From the NCBI RefSeq assembly GCF_001194135.2, contig NC_068981.1:135395238-135452482 (forward strand): a DNA stretch of 57,245 nucleotides, read 5' to 3'. The DNA is from Octopus bimaculoides (taxonomy: Eukaryota). The translations under genes were made by a program, and so were the position numbers. Under the pieces are notes generated by a model, which made no database searches, had not been told where the DNA came from, and worked only from the letters and a program-made list of their open reading frames with translations. Shown in pieces: positions 12,430-23,539 of the stretch (positions within the stretch are counted from its first letter, which is position 1; each line of letters opens with the position of its first letter).

Positions 12430-12624
12430 ATAATTGTCACTAAATGTGACTAGGGTGTTGAAAAACACCTACATTGCTACAAATAATGCTGTAGTTAATT
12501 ATGATCCCTATTGGTGTATATGTTTTCATTCATGTGCATTAACTACAGCATTAGAGCATTTTAGCTCTTATTTCTAGCAATGTAGGTGTTTTTTAACACC
12601 CTAGTTACACTTAGTGACAATTAT
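12430..12624. repeat. Inverted repeat with about 70-bp arms
   Basis: ataattgtcactaa(a/g)tgt(g/a)actagggtgtt(g/a)aaaaacacctacattgcta(c/g)aaataa...tgctgtagttaat, with one indel. Confidence 0.8.
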
Positions 12625-12642
12625 GATATATATATATATCTC

Positions 12643-14388
12643 ATCATCATCATCATCTTCAACATCTGTTGTCCATACTGGCATGGGTTGGACAGTTTGA
12701 CCAGGGCTGGAAAGCTGGAAGGCTGCACCAGATTCCAGTCTAATTTGGCATGGTTTTCTATGGCTGGATGCCCTTCCTAATGCCAACCACTCTTAGAGTG
12801 TAATGGATGCTTTTATGTGCCACTGCATGGGTGCCATTTGCATAACACCAGTATCTGCCATGACTGCAATTTTGCTCAGCTTGATGGGTCTTCTCAAGCA
12901 CAACATAATACCAAAGGTCTTGGTCATTGTTTTCATGAGCCCCAACACTCGAATGGAACTCAGCCACTTTACCTCCGTACAGCCCAACACTCGATGGGAA
13001 CTTAGCCACTTTGCCTCCATGAGGCCCAATAATCAAAAGGTGCTCTTTAACTGCTATTAGCATGGGTGCCAGTTATATGATACCTGCATCAGCCATGACT
13101 ACGATTTCACTTGGTTTGACAGGTCTTCTCAAGCACAGCATATTGCCAAATGTCTCGATCAGTAGTCATTGCCTTTGTGAGGCTCAATGTTGGAAGATCA
13201 TGCTTCACCACATCGTCCCATGTTTTCCTTGGTCTACCTCTACCACAGGTTCCTTCCACAGTTAGAGATCAGCACATAGCTGTTCTTGTCCATATGCATC
13301 ACATGACTGTACCAGCAAGATGTTTACACTCTGTTGAACATGCACACTGACATTGCACATCCAGCGAAGCATACTGGCTTCATTTCTTTCAAGCCTACAC
13401 ATGTCTTTGGCTGTCACAGTCCATGTTTCACTGCCATGTAGCATAGCTGTTTGCACACAGGCATCAAACAATCTACCTTTCACTTTGAGAGAGAGGTCCT
13501 TTGTTGCCAGCAGAAGTAGAAGCTCCCTGAACTTTGCCCAGCCTAATCTTATTCTCACAACTATGCTCTCGGAGCATCCACCTCCACTACTAACTTGGTC
13601 ACCTAGATAACAGGAGATCTCTACTAGCTCTAGCAGTTGATGGAGCTCTGGTGGTTGATGGAGTTTATTTCCTGCACATTTTCAATGTTTATTGTACCTG
13701 TGCATCTTCTACATACAAATCTAGTTTCCTTGTTAATCTTCCTCTGATATTGCTGCACCTTTTATGTGTCCAAAGCTTACATCAAGTGCATCTTATGGAG
13801 TTTCTACATAAGCCTTTTCTACAGATTGAGCAGGGCCATCTACCTGAAGGGATTTGAGGTTTATCTGCCTTCCTACTTACTAAGACTTTGGTTTTTGCTA
13901 GATTAACTCTAAGGCCCTTCAATTCTAGACCTTGCTTCCATTCCTGGAACTTCTCTAGTTCTGGTAGTCATTCAGCTATAAGAGCAAGGTCATCAGCATA
14001 GGGGAGCTCCCAGGGGCAGCCTGTCGTAAATTCTTCTGTTATTGCCTGGAGGACTATGATGAACAAGAGGAGGCTGAGCACCGATCCTTGGTGAACCCCT
14101 ACTTGTACCCTGAATTCTTTGCTGTACTCATTGCCAATCCCCACCTTACTGTTAGCATCCCTGTACATAGCTTGTACAGCTCTTACCAACCACTTGTCTA
14201 TCCCTAGTTTCCACATTGACCACTAGGTAAGGGATTGGGGGCCCTATCAAAGGCTTTCTCCAAATCAGCAAAGGCCAGGTACAAAAGTTTATCTTTGGCT
14301 AGATATTTCTCCTGCAGCTGTCTTACCAGAAATATAGCATCAGCAGTGCTTCTCCCTAGCACAAAACCAAACTGCATCTCATCTAGGC
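12643..14388 (-). mobile_element. 5'-truncated, decayed RTE-clade LINE (RT, C-terminus, 3' UTR and (GAT)n tail)
   Basis: Minus-strand peptides LDEMQFGF, DLEKAFD, GVHQGSVLS, YADDLAL, GLRVNLAKTK, CYLGD, MLHGSETW with stops and frameshifts; ends in a (GAT)n tail at 12643. Confidence 0.9.
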
Positions 14389-14433
14389 GAAAAGAAATTT
14401 AAATGTAAATGTTTGTGAAAGCTAGCTAGCTAA

Positions 14434-14482
<49 letters not shown>

Positions 14483-14502
14483 CATACATACATACATACA
14501 TA

Positions 14503-15720
14503 CAAAGTGTGATGGGTAAATTGTTGCCATTTTATATTTTTAATTTTGTGTATATGCATTGTTTGTTTTTGATTTTGTTGACTACAAAATAGCACCATGA
14601 TGCAATTAATTCTGCCAGAAATTTGGAAATAACATGCTGTACTGCTTGGCATTCATGCCGGAAGCTCCAATATGAACATTTCAGAGTGTTTGGGTGTCTA
14701 TCAGAGGACAGTGCAGAGGATTCGGAAAAAGTTGGACGAGTCTAATGGTAATTATGAAGGTACGGTCACTCGGAAAACTCACTCTGATCATTCTGATAAG
14801 GAAAGAACTCTTGAACTTGTTGATCCAGGCCATGATTGACAACGATCCCTCCAAGTCAACCAGGTCCATCACCAGGGACATGGGAGTGTCTGAGTTTCTT
14901 ATCAGGCAGGTAGTGCATGGAGACATTTGGTATTCCTCATACAAGATGAGAAAGGGCCAATTTTTATCCCAACCCATCAAGGACAAGAGGAAAGACTGCA
15001 CTATGAAGCTTTTGAACAAACTCAAGCATCCCCTCCAACCGAACATGCTTTGGTTTTTCTCAGACGAGAAAAATTTCTGCCAGGATCAGATGGTGAACAC
15101 ACAGAACAACCGTTGGCTTGCTGTGTACCGAGAGTGATAAAAATCAAACATCCAGTCAACATCATGTTGTTTGGGGTGATCACAAGTGATGGCAATGTTA
15201 TGCCTCCATTCATTTTTCCACACAGCCTCAGACTCAACACAGAGGCTGACATCAAGTGCCTTGGGAAAGTAGTGCTTCCCTGGGTGAAGGGGGTAGCTGC
15301 TAGAAAACCCTATATCTGGCAACAGGACTCTGCACCATGCCGCACAAGCAGGAGAACCAAGTCATGGCTGTCACAATTTCTGTGACCACATCATCCATAA
15401 CATCTGGCCACTTAACTCCCCAGACTGCAACTCCCTTCATTATCATGTGTGGGGTGCAGGTGAGCAAGAGACCAACAAGATTCCTTGTAACACCAAAGAT
15501 GAACTAAAGGCCAGGATTATGGCAGCATTCACCAACTTAAACAAAGAGACCGTCCAGAAGAGTTGTAGAACATTTTGAAGTCATCTGAAGGTCGTGGTTG
15601 AAACCACTGGCAATTTTATTGAATAAATTTACTCTTTAGTATTTCAAGATATTTTTATGTAATTTTAGTGTTATTTTCATTTTCTCATAATTTAGATGAC
15701 AGTTTATTCATTGCACCCTG
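14503..15720 (+). mobile_element. Decayed Tc1/mariner DNA transposon, DD37D (maT) family
   Basis: Degenerate 26-bp TIRs (caaagtgtgatgggtaaattgttgcc vs cagggtgcaatgaataaactgtcatc, 16/26 identical, all differences are transitions); preceded by TA; flanked by microsatellites. Confidence 0.85.
14597..15626 (+). pseudogene. DD37D transposase pseudogene
   Basis: Motifs WFFSDEK, WQQDSAP and NSPDCNSL(H)YHVW. There are 37 residues between the second Asp and the third catalytic position after repairing one frameshift; the third Asp is now His. Several stops and frameshifts. Confidence 0.85.
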
Positions 15721-16224
15721 TGTACACACACACACACACACACACTCTCTCTCTCACACTACACTTCACCACACATACAGTTTTTGAAATTCTTCACTAC
15801 AGTTAAAATGACAAACACACAGACAGTAAGACTGCGCTTTGTTAGAAACACAACCATGAAAATGGTTAAACTTATTCAGCTCTTTTCAAGAAGAATTAAA
15901 GCTTGTAATGCATTAATTGGTGTTGCTTGGAAGTGAACCAGTGATCTAACATTATTAATGTGTCACATTTCAACCTGTTTGTTTGACCACACAGCGTACT
16001 GTGACTATAAATTTTTTTTTGTATTTGATCAACTGAAAATGTGTGAGTCTTGTAGTTTGATCTTCCCATCATGTCAATTTTGATGAATAGCCTGTTCTCT
16101 TTCTGTTAAAAGCCAAGATATTTCACAATGGAAAGTAGAAAATCCAACATTTCAGACATAGTCCTTCAGAGAAAAGTTGGCAGGAATGAAATTATGAGAG
16201 ACAGCAGCTTTACATCCTCTAAAG

Positions 16225-16442
16225 CAGTGGTTTTCAACCGGGGTTCATATGGCCCTTAGGGGTTCATATAAGATTTTGCTGAAATTGAGCAATAAATTGG
16301 TTATACTTCTACAATATACAAAATATTTTAACAATTTTTAAATACAATTCCTAATAATGTTTAATTATAAAAGTATAATAGGATGTTTTAAACATCAATG
16401 GGTATGAGGGGGCCATAGGTAAAAAGTGGTTGAGAAGCACTA
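16225..16442 (+). mobile_element. hAT-like MITE, family E
   Basis: TIRs cagtggttttcaacc ... ggttgagaagcacta; 8-bp TSD ctctaaag/ctctaaaa. Confidence 0.75.
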
Positions 16443-17337
16443 CTCTAAAAAAAAAAAAAAAAAAGACTGGTTGTAACTGATAAGGAATGCAGGACAACAG
16501 GAGCTTCATATGAGAACAGGAAGTGATAGGAAAGAGAAATAGAAGGAAAGAGGAATGAAATTCCTGTGGCCCCATGGGCATTATCAGTTGCAGCCAGTTT
16601 TTGGAGAATCTAAAAGACTTCTGTTAGGAAGGGTCCTAGCCGTAGAAGCCATGCCGAGATAGACAGACAATCGGAGCCTGGACAGTTTTCAGACCACCAC
16701 CACCACCACCACCTCCTCCTCCTTCAAACCGTTCAACCCAAGCCAACATGGAAAATGGATGTTAAACGACAATAATGATGAATGATGCAAAATACTGCTG
16801 TCTTTCCATATTTCTCTCCTGTCAATTTTTTTTTCCCCTGAAGAAGGACCTTGTCTGAAAACATTGGGTTTTTTACTCCTTGCAGCAAGTTCACTGTATT
16901 CTTTTTATCAGTTTTACTAAATAAACAAGTCCTGCTGACTCAGACCAACACCAATCTCTTTGGAGTCTATTTGATCATAAATTTCACTACAATTATGTTT
17001 ATAGTCAAAGTTATTTATAGCAGTGGTTTGGAAGTATTTTTTTTTTTATGTTTGTTTTCATCGTTTAAACCAAACACCTGTGGTTAGTGCTTCATAATAT
17101 TGTTGAATTTATAAAGAAACAGCTGTCTGTTTTAAGGAAAGAACTATTGTGTTCAGTAAGAGGTAGGTATACACAATTGTATGAAGTTGTAGTCATGATC
17201 ATCACCCAACCCCACCAATCTTGTCATTGTCACTGCTGCCACCACCTTCTTCTTCTTCTTCTTCTTCTTCTTCTTCATCATCATCATTAACACTGCCCCC
17301 ATCACTCCTATCATCATCACCAAGAACAAAAACAACA

Positions 17338-17548
17338 TTTTTTTATTCTTTCACTTGCTTTGGTCATTTGACTGTGGCCATGCTGGAGCACCACCTTAAG
17401 GGGTTTTAGTTGAACAAATCAACCTCAGGACTTATTCTTTGTAAGACTAGTACTTATTCTATCAGTTGTCTTTTGTTGAACCGCTTAGTTACAGGGGATG
17501 TAATCACACTATCCTCTGTTGTCAAGTGATGGTGGTGGGGACAAACAC

Positions 17549-17583
<35 letters not shown>

Positions 17584-17742
17584 ACAGGCTTCTTTCAGTT
17601 TCCATCTACTAAATCTACTCACAATGCTTTGGCTGACCTGAGGCTATAACAGAAGACACTTGCCCAAGGTGTCACACAGTGGGATTGAACCAGGAACTAT
17701 GTGGTAGGGAAGCAAGCTTCTTACCATACAACCACACCTGCG
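17338..17742 (-). mobile_element. SINE A, full length
   Basis: Reverse complement of 17946-18380. Confidence 0.8.
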
Positions 17743-17945
17743 CCTTATATCATCATTTTAAAATACCCCCCGCCAATACTTGTACTGGTTGGATGGGTCT
17801 TCTCCAGCACACCATATTACCACTGTTGTGGTCCTTTGTCAAGTTCAGCCTCCTGAGATGAGTCTTCACCACATTTTTCTTTGACCTTCTCTTTTGCCAG
17901 ATCTTTCCATTTGATTGCTTGTCGTTTCTTTATTCAAGTGTCACT

Positions 17946-18111
17946 ATAGGTGCAGGAGTGGCTGTGTGGTAAGTAGCTTGCTTACAAACCACATGGTTCT
18001 GGGTTCAGTCCCACTGCGTGGCACCTTGGGCAAGTGTCTTCTACTATAGCCTTGGGCCGACCAAAGCCTTGTGAATGGATTTGGTAGGCGGAAACTGAAA
18101 GAAGCCCGTCG

Positions 18112-18161
<50 letters not shown>

Positions 18162-18380
18162 TATGTGTGTGTATATGTTTGTGTGTCTGTGTTTGTCCCC
18201 CCAACTTTGCTTGACAACCGATGCTGGTGTGTTTACGTCCCCGTAACTTAGTGGTTTGGCAAAAAGAGACCGATAGAATAAGTACTAGGCTTACAAAGAA
18301 TAAGTCTTGGTGTCGATTTGCTTGACTAAAGGCGGTGCCCCAGCATGGCCGCAGTCAAATGACTGAAACAAGTAAAAGAC
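17946..18380 (+). mobile_element. SINE A, full length, near consensus
   Basis: A/B boxes, central (TA)n and 3' tgactgaaacaagtaaaaga. Confidence 0.85.
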
Positions 18381-18489
18381 TATATGTCTGTACCAGTACA
18401 ATCTTCCCCTTGTGCACTGCATCAGATTCCTTTGTGGCATATTTATTCTGAACCCACCCTCCTCACTGGTCTGTTGCAGGATCATCAGT

Positions 18490-18930
18490 TCTTGTCACCT
18501 GAGTGCACTGGAGCAACTTAAAATGAAGTGTTTTGCTCAAGAACATAACGCACTGCCTGGTCCAGAAACCGAAACCACAATCTTACAATCATGAATGTAG
18601 CACTCCTAACCACTAACCCAGGCCTGGCCAACTTGAATTACATTGCGGGCCACTATAATCACAGAAAAATTTTTGAGGGCCACTTGTATACTTTATGCAC
18701 TAATAGTCAAACAGCCAAATTATAGAATCAAGAATTTTTCATACTTGTCGTTTGTTTAAAATTATAAGCCACTTATAAATTAAAAAATTATTGTGAAACA
18801 AATGTTTTACACAAACAATTTTATTTTGAAATTACACACAATACTTCAAAGAAAGTATCAAGCAGGCTGCAAGATAAAAGTTTGCAAGCAGTCTCAGGTT
18901 GACCAGCCCTGCACTAACCACGTACCTCCA
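18490..18930 (-). mobile_element. SINE family C 5' part, interrupted by the hAT MITE
   Basis: The head continues after the TSD (cactaaccacgtacctccaca); homologous to 45120-45282. Confidence 0.55.
18619..18911. mobile_element. hAT-like MITE inserted in the head of a SINE C
   Basis: TIRs caggcctggccaac ... gttgaccagccctg; perfect 8-bp TSD cactaacc at 18611-18618 and 18912-18919. Confidence 0.75.
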
Positions 18931-19518
18931 CATGCACATGTATATAGGCCATGGGCAGATGTAAAAAGAAACACCAGAAGTGGGTCATTCTAAGAAGTTA
19001 TTGATTCCAGGCTTAAAGCAATAATTTTTTTTTACCTTCTTTAGAACTTCTGGATTTCATACACAGTAAATAGTGAAAGAAAAATACAAACTATTTTTAG
19101 TTAAGAATGATTTCAGAGAATTTCAATTTTTTTTCTATTTCATTATTATTATTTCTTTTTTTACCTTTTAGCCAGGAGGCAAGACAGAGCCCATGACCCT
19201 TCTGGAGGGCCTTTGAGACAGGTTGAAGGGAGGTCGGAAGTCATTCTTAATCAGGGGACCTGGCCTGAAGGTGCCAGGTGGTGGGATTACACAGAGTAAT
19301 GGATTAAGTCTGCCACCCTTGCAGCCTATGGTGAGATTTGAACTAAGGACACAAAGATCTTGGACAAATAACACAAAATATCCTGTCCAACGTTCTTACA
19401 GTTCCACCAACCCACCTTCTTCGATTGGTACCATTTTTTCTATCAACTCTAAGGATGAAAGCAAGGTTACACTCGGTGGCGTTTATCATCAAAAGTGGAA
19501 TTTTATATCCAACCTGGA

Positions 19519-19818
19519 AGTGATCTTTCGGAGAAAGTCAATCAAAACTGAAAGTATTTGTTTGGCAGTTTCCGTAAATTTTTCTTTCTGTTGAATCGCT
19601 TATGTATTTTATGTGTATATATGTATGTATATGTGTGTATGTAAATACATGTGTTTATGTGCATGTATATATATAATACATATATACACACACATAAACA
19701 CACAAAAAATACATAAACACAAGCGAGTCAACTGAAAAAAATAAAGAAATAAAAATTTCTTTACGGAAATTGCCGAACAAATACTTTCACTTTTGAGAGA
19801 CTTTCTTCGAAAGATCGC
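19519..19818. repeat. Foldback/MITE-like element with about 100-bp imperfect arms around a TA/CA microsatellite
   Basis: gatctttcg(g/a)agaaagtc..tcaaaa.tgaaagtatttgtt.ggca.tttccgtaaa is present in inverted orientation at both ends. Confidence 0.75.
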
Positions 19819-21864
19819 CCCAACCCAGTTTTATTAAACGAAGCGTTATTAGATGAGGAGTGGGCGTATTTTAAAGAGCCTAGAATAGAAAACAAACAGG
19901 ACCCGTAAAAAAAGTAAACAGATTCATTAAGTGAACGTGAAATAAGGCTTGTGAAATGTTGTTAGCGCTAGATCATGCCTCTTTGTATAACTAGAACGAC
20001 ATTGCGCATCGTGTCATTTTCATTTTAAGGCGGTGGGGTTTCAGTTGAGAGAATTTGGTTGCTATTTCTAACCAGCCAAAACAATCAAGTAGAAGCTCCC
20101 AGCATGTGAGAAAGCGGAAGGATGATAATTATTTTTTTCTCTTCAGTGGTGTGAAGAATGAAGAAAACGGTATCAAATTATTGTAATCGTACGTTAAATA
20201 GACCAATAGACTTTAAATTATAGGAAGGTGTAGATAGTATCAAATTAAAACCAAAGCACATTATTGATGTCAGAGAACAGATGGAAACAAAATGACAAAC
20301 GAATGAATGAAAACATTGAAGGGAGATTACTCTGTTGTCACTACGCTCAGTCCTAACTAAAACTGTCGACATATAATCACCCCACTCTAAAAAACAAACA
20401 AATTAACTGTATAAAATAACTTTAGAGAACTTGTTTTATAATTCGGGGAGGAGACAGACAATAGAAACTATTTAAATATAAGTGACTCCTAATTTACAAA
20501 CTAAAGATTTATTAATTCCGCTGCTCCCCTCTTTGCCCTTTCATTCTTCTATCAGGCAATGCAAGGTTTTCTGATATTATTGAGACAAAAAGTTTGTGAA
20601 GCTTTAAATATTCGTTACTCAGTAATGATATCGCTATATCCTCCCCCGTCCCTAGCTCATTATTTGCAATTTTAAATAGTAAAGAACTCGTGTTGTTCAC
20701 CAAAAGAATTTGTTTAGTATTATAAAACTACAAATGGAAACAATTGCCTGCCGTAAGCTATCATTAAACAATGGTAACAATAGATTTTATGGGACGTACT
20801 ATTTTCTAGAAATAGGATATTCTATTCTTTTATCTTATTTTAATGACATCCTATGGTATTTCACAACAGCTGTTCATATATGCTTTGGGTAGTGGTTGGT
20901 TTTATAATTTCTTTTAACTTCATTTCCAAACATCCATGTAAACATGTCTAGCCATGGGGAAATATTACATTTCTTTTAACTGGGTGTAAAAGACTTTATA
21001 AAGGGAGAGGAAATTGGATAAGGAGATGTTCATGCCTTTCCCAAATGTAAATGCTGAAATAACTTCTACCAATAACTGAAATTACATAATTGTGTAAGGA
21101 TATCAATTTGAAGAATGTTGATGTTGATCCATGCCTACATAGGGTTTTGGCAAATGTTTCAGACATAGCTGCGTGGTTAAGAAGCTTGCTTCCAAACCCT
21201 GTGATCTTGGGTTCAGTCCTACTGTATGGCACTTTGGGCAAGTGTCTTCTAATATAGCGCTGAGCTGACCAAAGCCTTGTGAGTGGAACTGAGAAAAGCC
21301 GAGGAGAGCTACAGATCATATATGGATACTAGTTCGATTAAAGGTAAGTTGCTGTTTTTCTGACAGACCAAAGATACTAATGGATGCCTTGATATCTCTA
21401 AAAGATGAAGGAGAGAACAATTTTACATATACTGTAGGCACTGGAATAGCTAACAACATGAATGACATAGGAATGGAAAAATGACTTGTGGGAAATGGGA
21501 TGAGCTTTATTAAAGAAAATGATGGTTGTAGCACCTCTGATGTATAAGGATAGGAATTTGTGAAGGTCATGGCAATGTAAATGGAATGGTTCCAATTTGG
21601 AATTGAAACTAGGTTAATGGCTCAGCTTGATGATAATTCACCATTATACTGGTCTTCTGGCTTTACTCTAACAGTGAAACAATGAAAGAAACTGTTAGAG
21701 ACAGGTTGTTGATTTGGCAACTAAAACAATTTCTAAATTAGGCAATGATTTACCATAATGTTGTTTGCAAAGAAGTGAGAAATTCTTAAATCTATGGCAG
21801 TAAATTCATTGCAAAAGTTTCTGAGTATTTCTATTGTTAATACAAATGCAAGTGTAAAAGTGGG

Positions 21865-22260
21865 AAGCTGGCAGAATCATTATCACATTGGGGGGGGGGG
21901 ATGCTTAGCAACATTTCTTCGAAGTTCTGAGTTCAAATGCTGCCAGGGTTGACTTCGCCTTACATCCCTTCAGGGTTACTAAAATAAAGTACCAGTTGAA
22001 CACTTGGGTTGATGTAATCAATTTAACCCTTCCCCCAAAATTTCTGGAGTTTGAAACCGATATAAATGCAGTGTGGCTGTGTGGGTAGAAACTTGCTTCC
22101 CATCCACTTGGTTCTGGGTTCAGTCTCACTGTGGCACCTTGGCCAAGTATCTGCTACTATAGCTCTGGTCTGACCAAAGCCTTATGAGTGGATTTGGTAG
22201 ATGGAAACTGAAAGAAGCCTTTTACATATATGATGGGGTTCTTTCAGTTTCCATCCACTC
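21865..22260 (+). mobile_element. SINE B (about 21865-22055) followed by a SINE A 5' half
   Basis: Homology to other copies. Confidence 0.65.
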
Positions 22261-22269
22261 ATACACACT

Positions 22270-22515
22270 CATGTGAATTGGTGTTTCTTTGTCTTGACAT
22301 CGTGTCATTGTTGCGAGTGTCACCAGTACACAAGCTGTTTCCTTCATTTCCAAACATCCATGTAAACATGTCTAGCCATGGGGAAATATTACATTTCTTA
22401 AAAACAGGTGAAGGTTGGCCATAGGAAGGGCATCTAGCCATAGAGACAATCTGCCTCAATAGATTCTACCCAACCCAAGCAAGCATGGAAAATTGGATGT
22501 TAAAACAATGATGAA
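22270..22515 (+). mobile_element. Repeat family G (SINE-like body with an RTE-type tail)
   Basis: gtcttgacatc...aacatgtctagccatggggaaatattac...aaggttgg...gaagggcatc; related copies at about 9121, 10953-11170, 33840 (-) and 49215. Confidence 0.55.
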
Positions 22516-22684
22516 TTGCTTGGGTAAATGCTATTTACAAGAATTAAAATAAGAAAAGGATTTTTAAAAAATTTCTGATGAAACTAAATTAATTGTTTAG
22601 TGAAACAAAATAACTGAGGAAACCTCTACATAGCAACTGATTTATCTTTTCAGAACACTTAAACACCCCTATAAAATAATGACA

Positions 22685-23078
22685 GGTGGTAAGCTGGTAG
22701 AATTGTTGGCATGCTGGGTAAAGTGCTCGACAGCATTTTACCTGTTTTTGTGTTCTGAGTTCAAATTCCACTGAGGTTGACTTTGCCTTTCATCCTTTCA
22801 GGGTTGATAAAATAAGTACCAGTTGAGTACTGGGGTTGACGTGAATTGGCTTACTCCCTTCCCCTAAATTGCTTGTCTTGTGCCAAAATTTGAAGCCGAT
22901 ATTCTTTCTGGATGAGAGGGCTAGTTGCTTACATTTATCCCAGTGCTTAACTGGTACTTTATCGACCCCCAAAATGATGAAAGGTAAAGTCAATCCCTGC
23001 AGGATTTGAATTCAGAATGTAAAGCCAGAAGAAATGCTGCTAAGCATTTTGCCCAACATATTAACGATTCTACCACCT
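22685..23078. mobile_element. Two SINE B copies, tail to tail (+ 22685-22895, - 22915-23078)
   Basis: Homology to other copies. Confidence 0.7.
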
Positions 23079-23133
23079 TAACATTACCAATATCAACAGT
23101 GGAATCAATGAGCCAACATGGGAGTCTCTACAT

Positions 23134-23371
23134 CAGCGGTCCTCAAAACCAGGTTCCTTATGGACCTTAGGGGTCCATATAAGATTTTGTTAAAATTCAT
23201 CTGCTTGGTTATGCTTCTACAATACACAGTTGTTTTTTTTATACAATTGTTAATAATATTTAATTTAAAAAATGTAATATGATTTTTTAAACATTGAATG
23301 GTTAGGAGGATCTATCTGAGTAAAATAGGAATCAAATGGATCCATAGCTAAAAAATGGTTGAGAAACACTG
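23134..23371 (+). mobile_element. hAT-like MITE, family E
   Basis: Same body as 16225-16442; TSD ctctacat/ctttacat. Confidence 0.7.
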
Positions 23372-23539
23372 CTTTACATGGTTGCTTGACTTTTTTTAAA
23401 ATGGAAAGGAGGATCAGCATTATTGCCATCATTTTATGGGTTGGATGGGTTATCATAGTCTGAGTTATTTCTCATTGGGAGTTACTGATCTCATAGATTG
23501 GTGATCATACATGATGCATTTAATAATGTGAATCTACAT

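Noticed and set aside
14340-14388. Both RTE RT fragments are 5'-truncated near LDEMQFGF
   Set aside because: The breakpoints differ by about 16 codons and two copies cannot show a hotspot.
17946-18020. tRNA-like A/B boxes here and in many other places
   Set aside because: These are SINE heads continuing into SINE bodies; no complete cloverleaf seen.
20512-20703. 63-aa minus-strand ORF MVNNTSSLLFKIANNELG...
   Set aside because: GTG start, no recognised homology and no usable splice donor.
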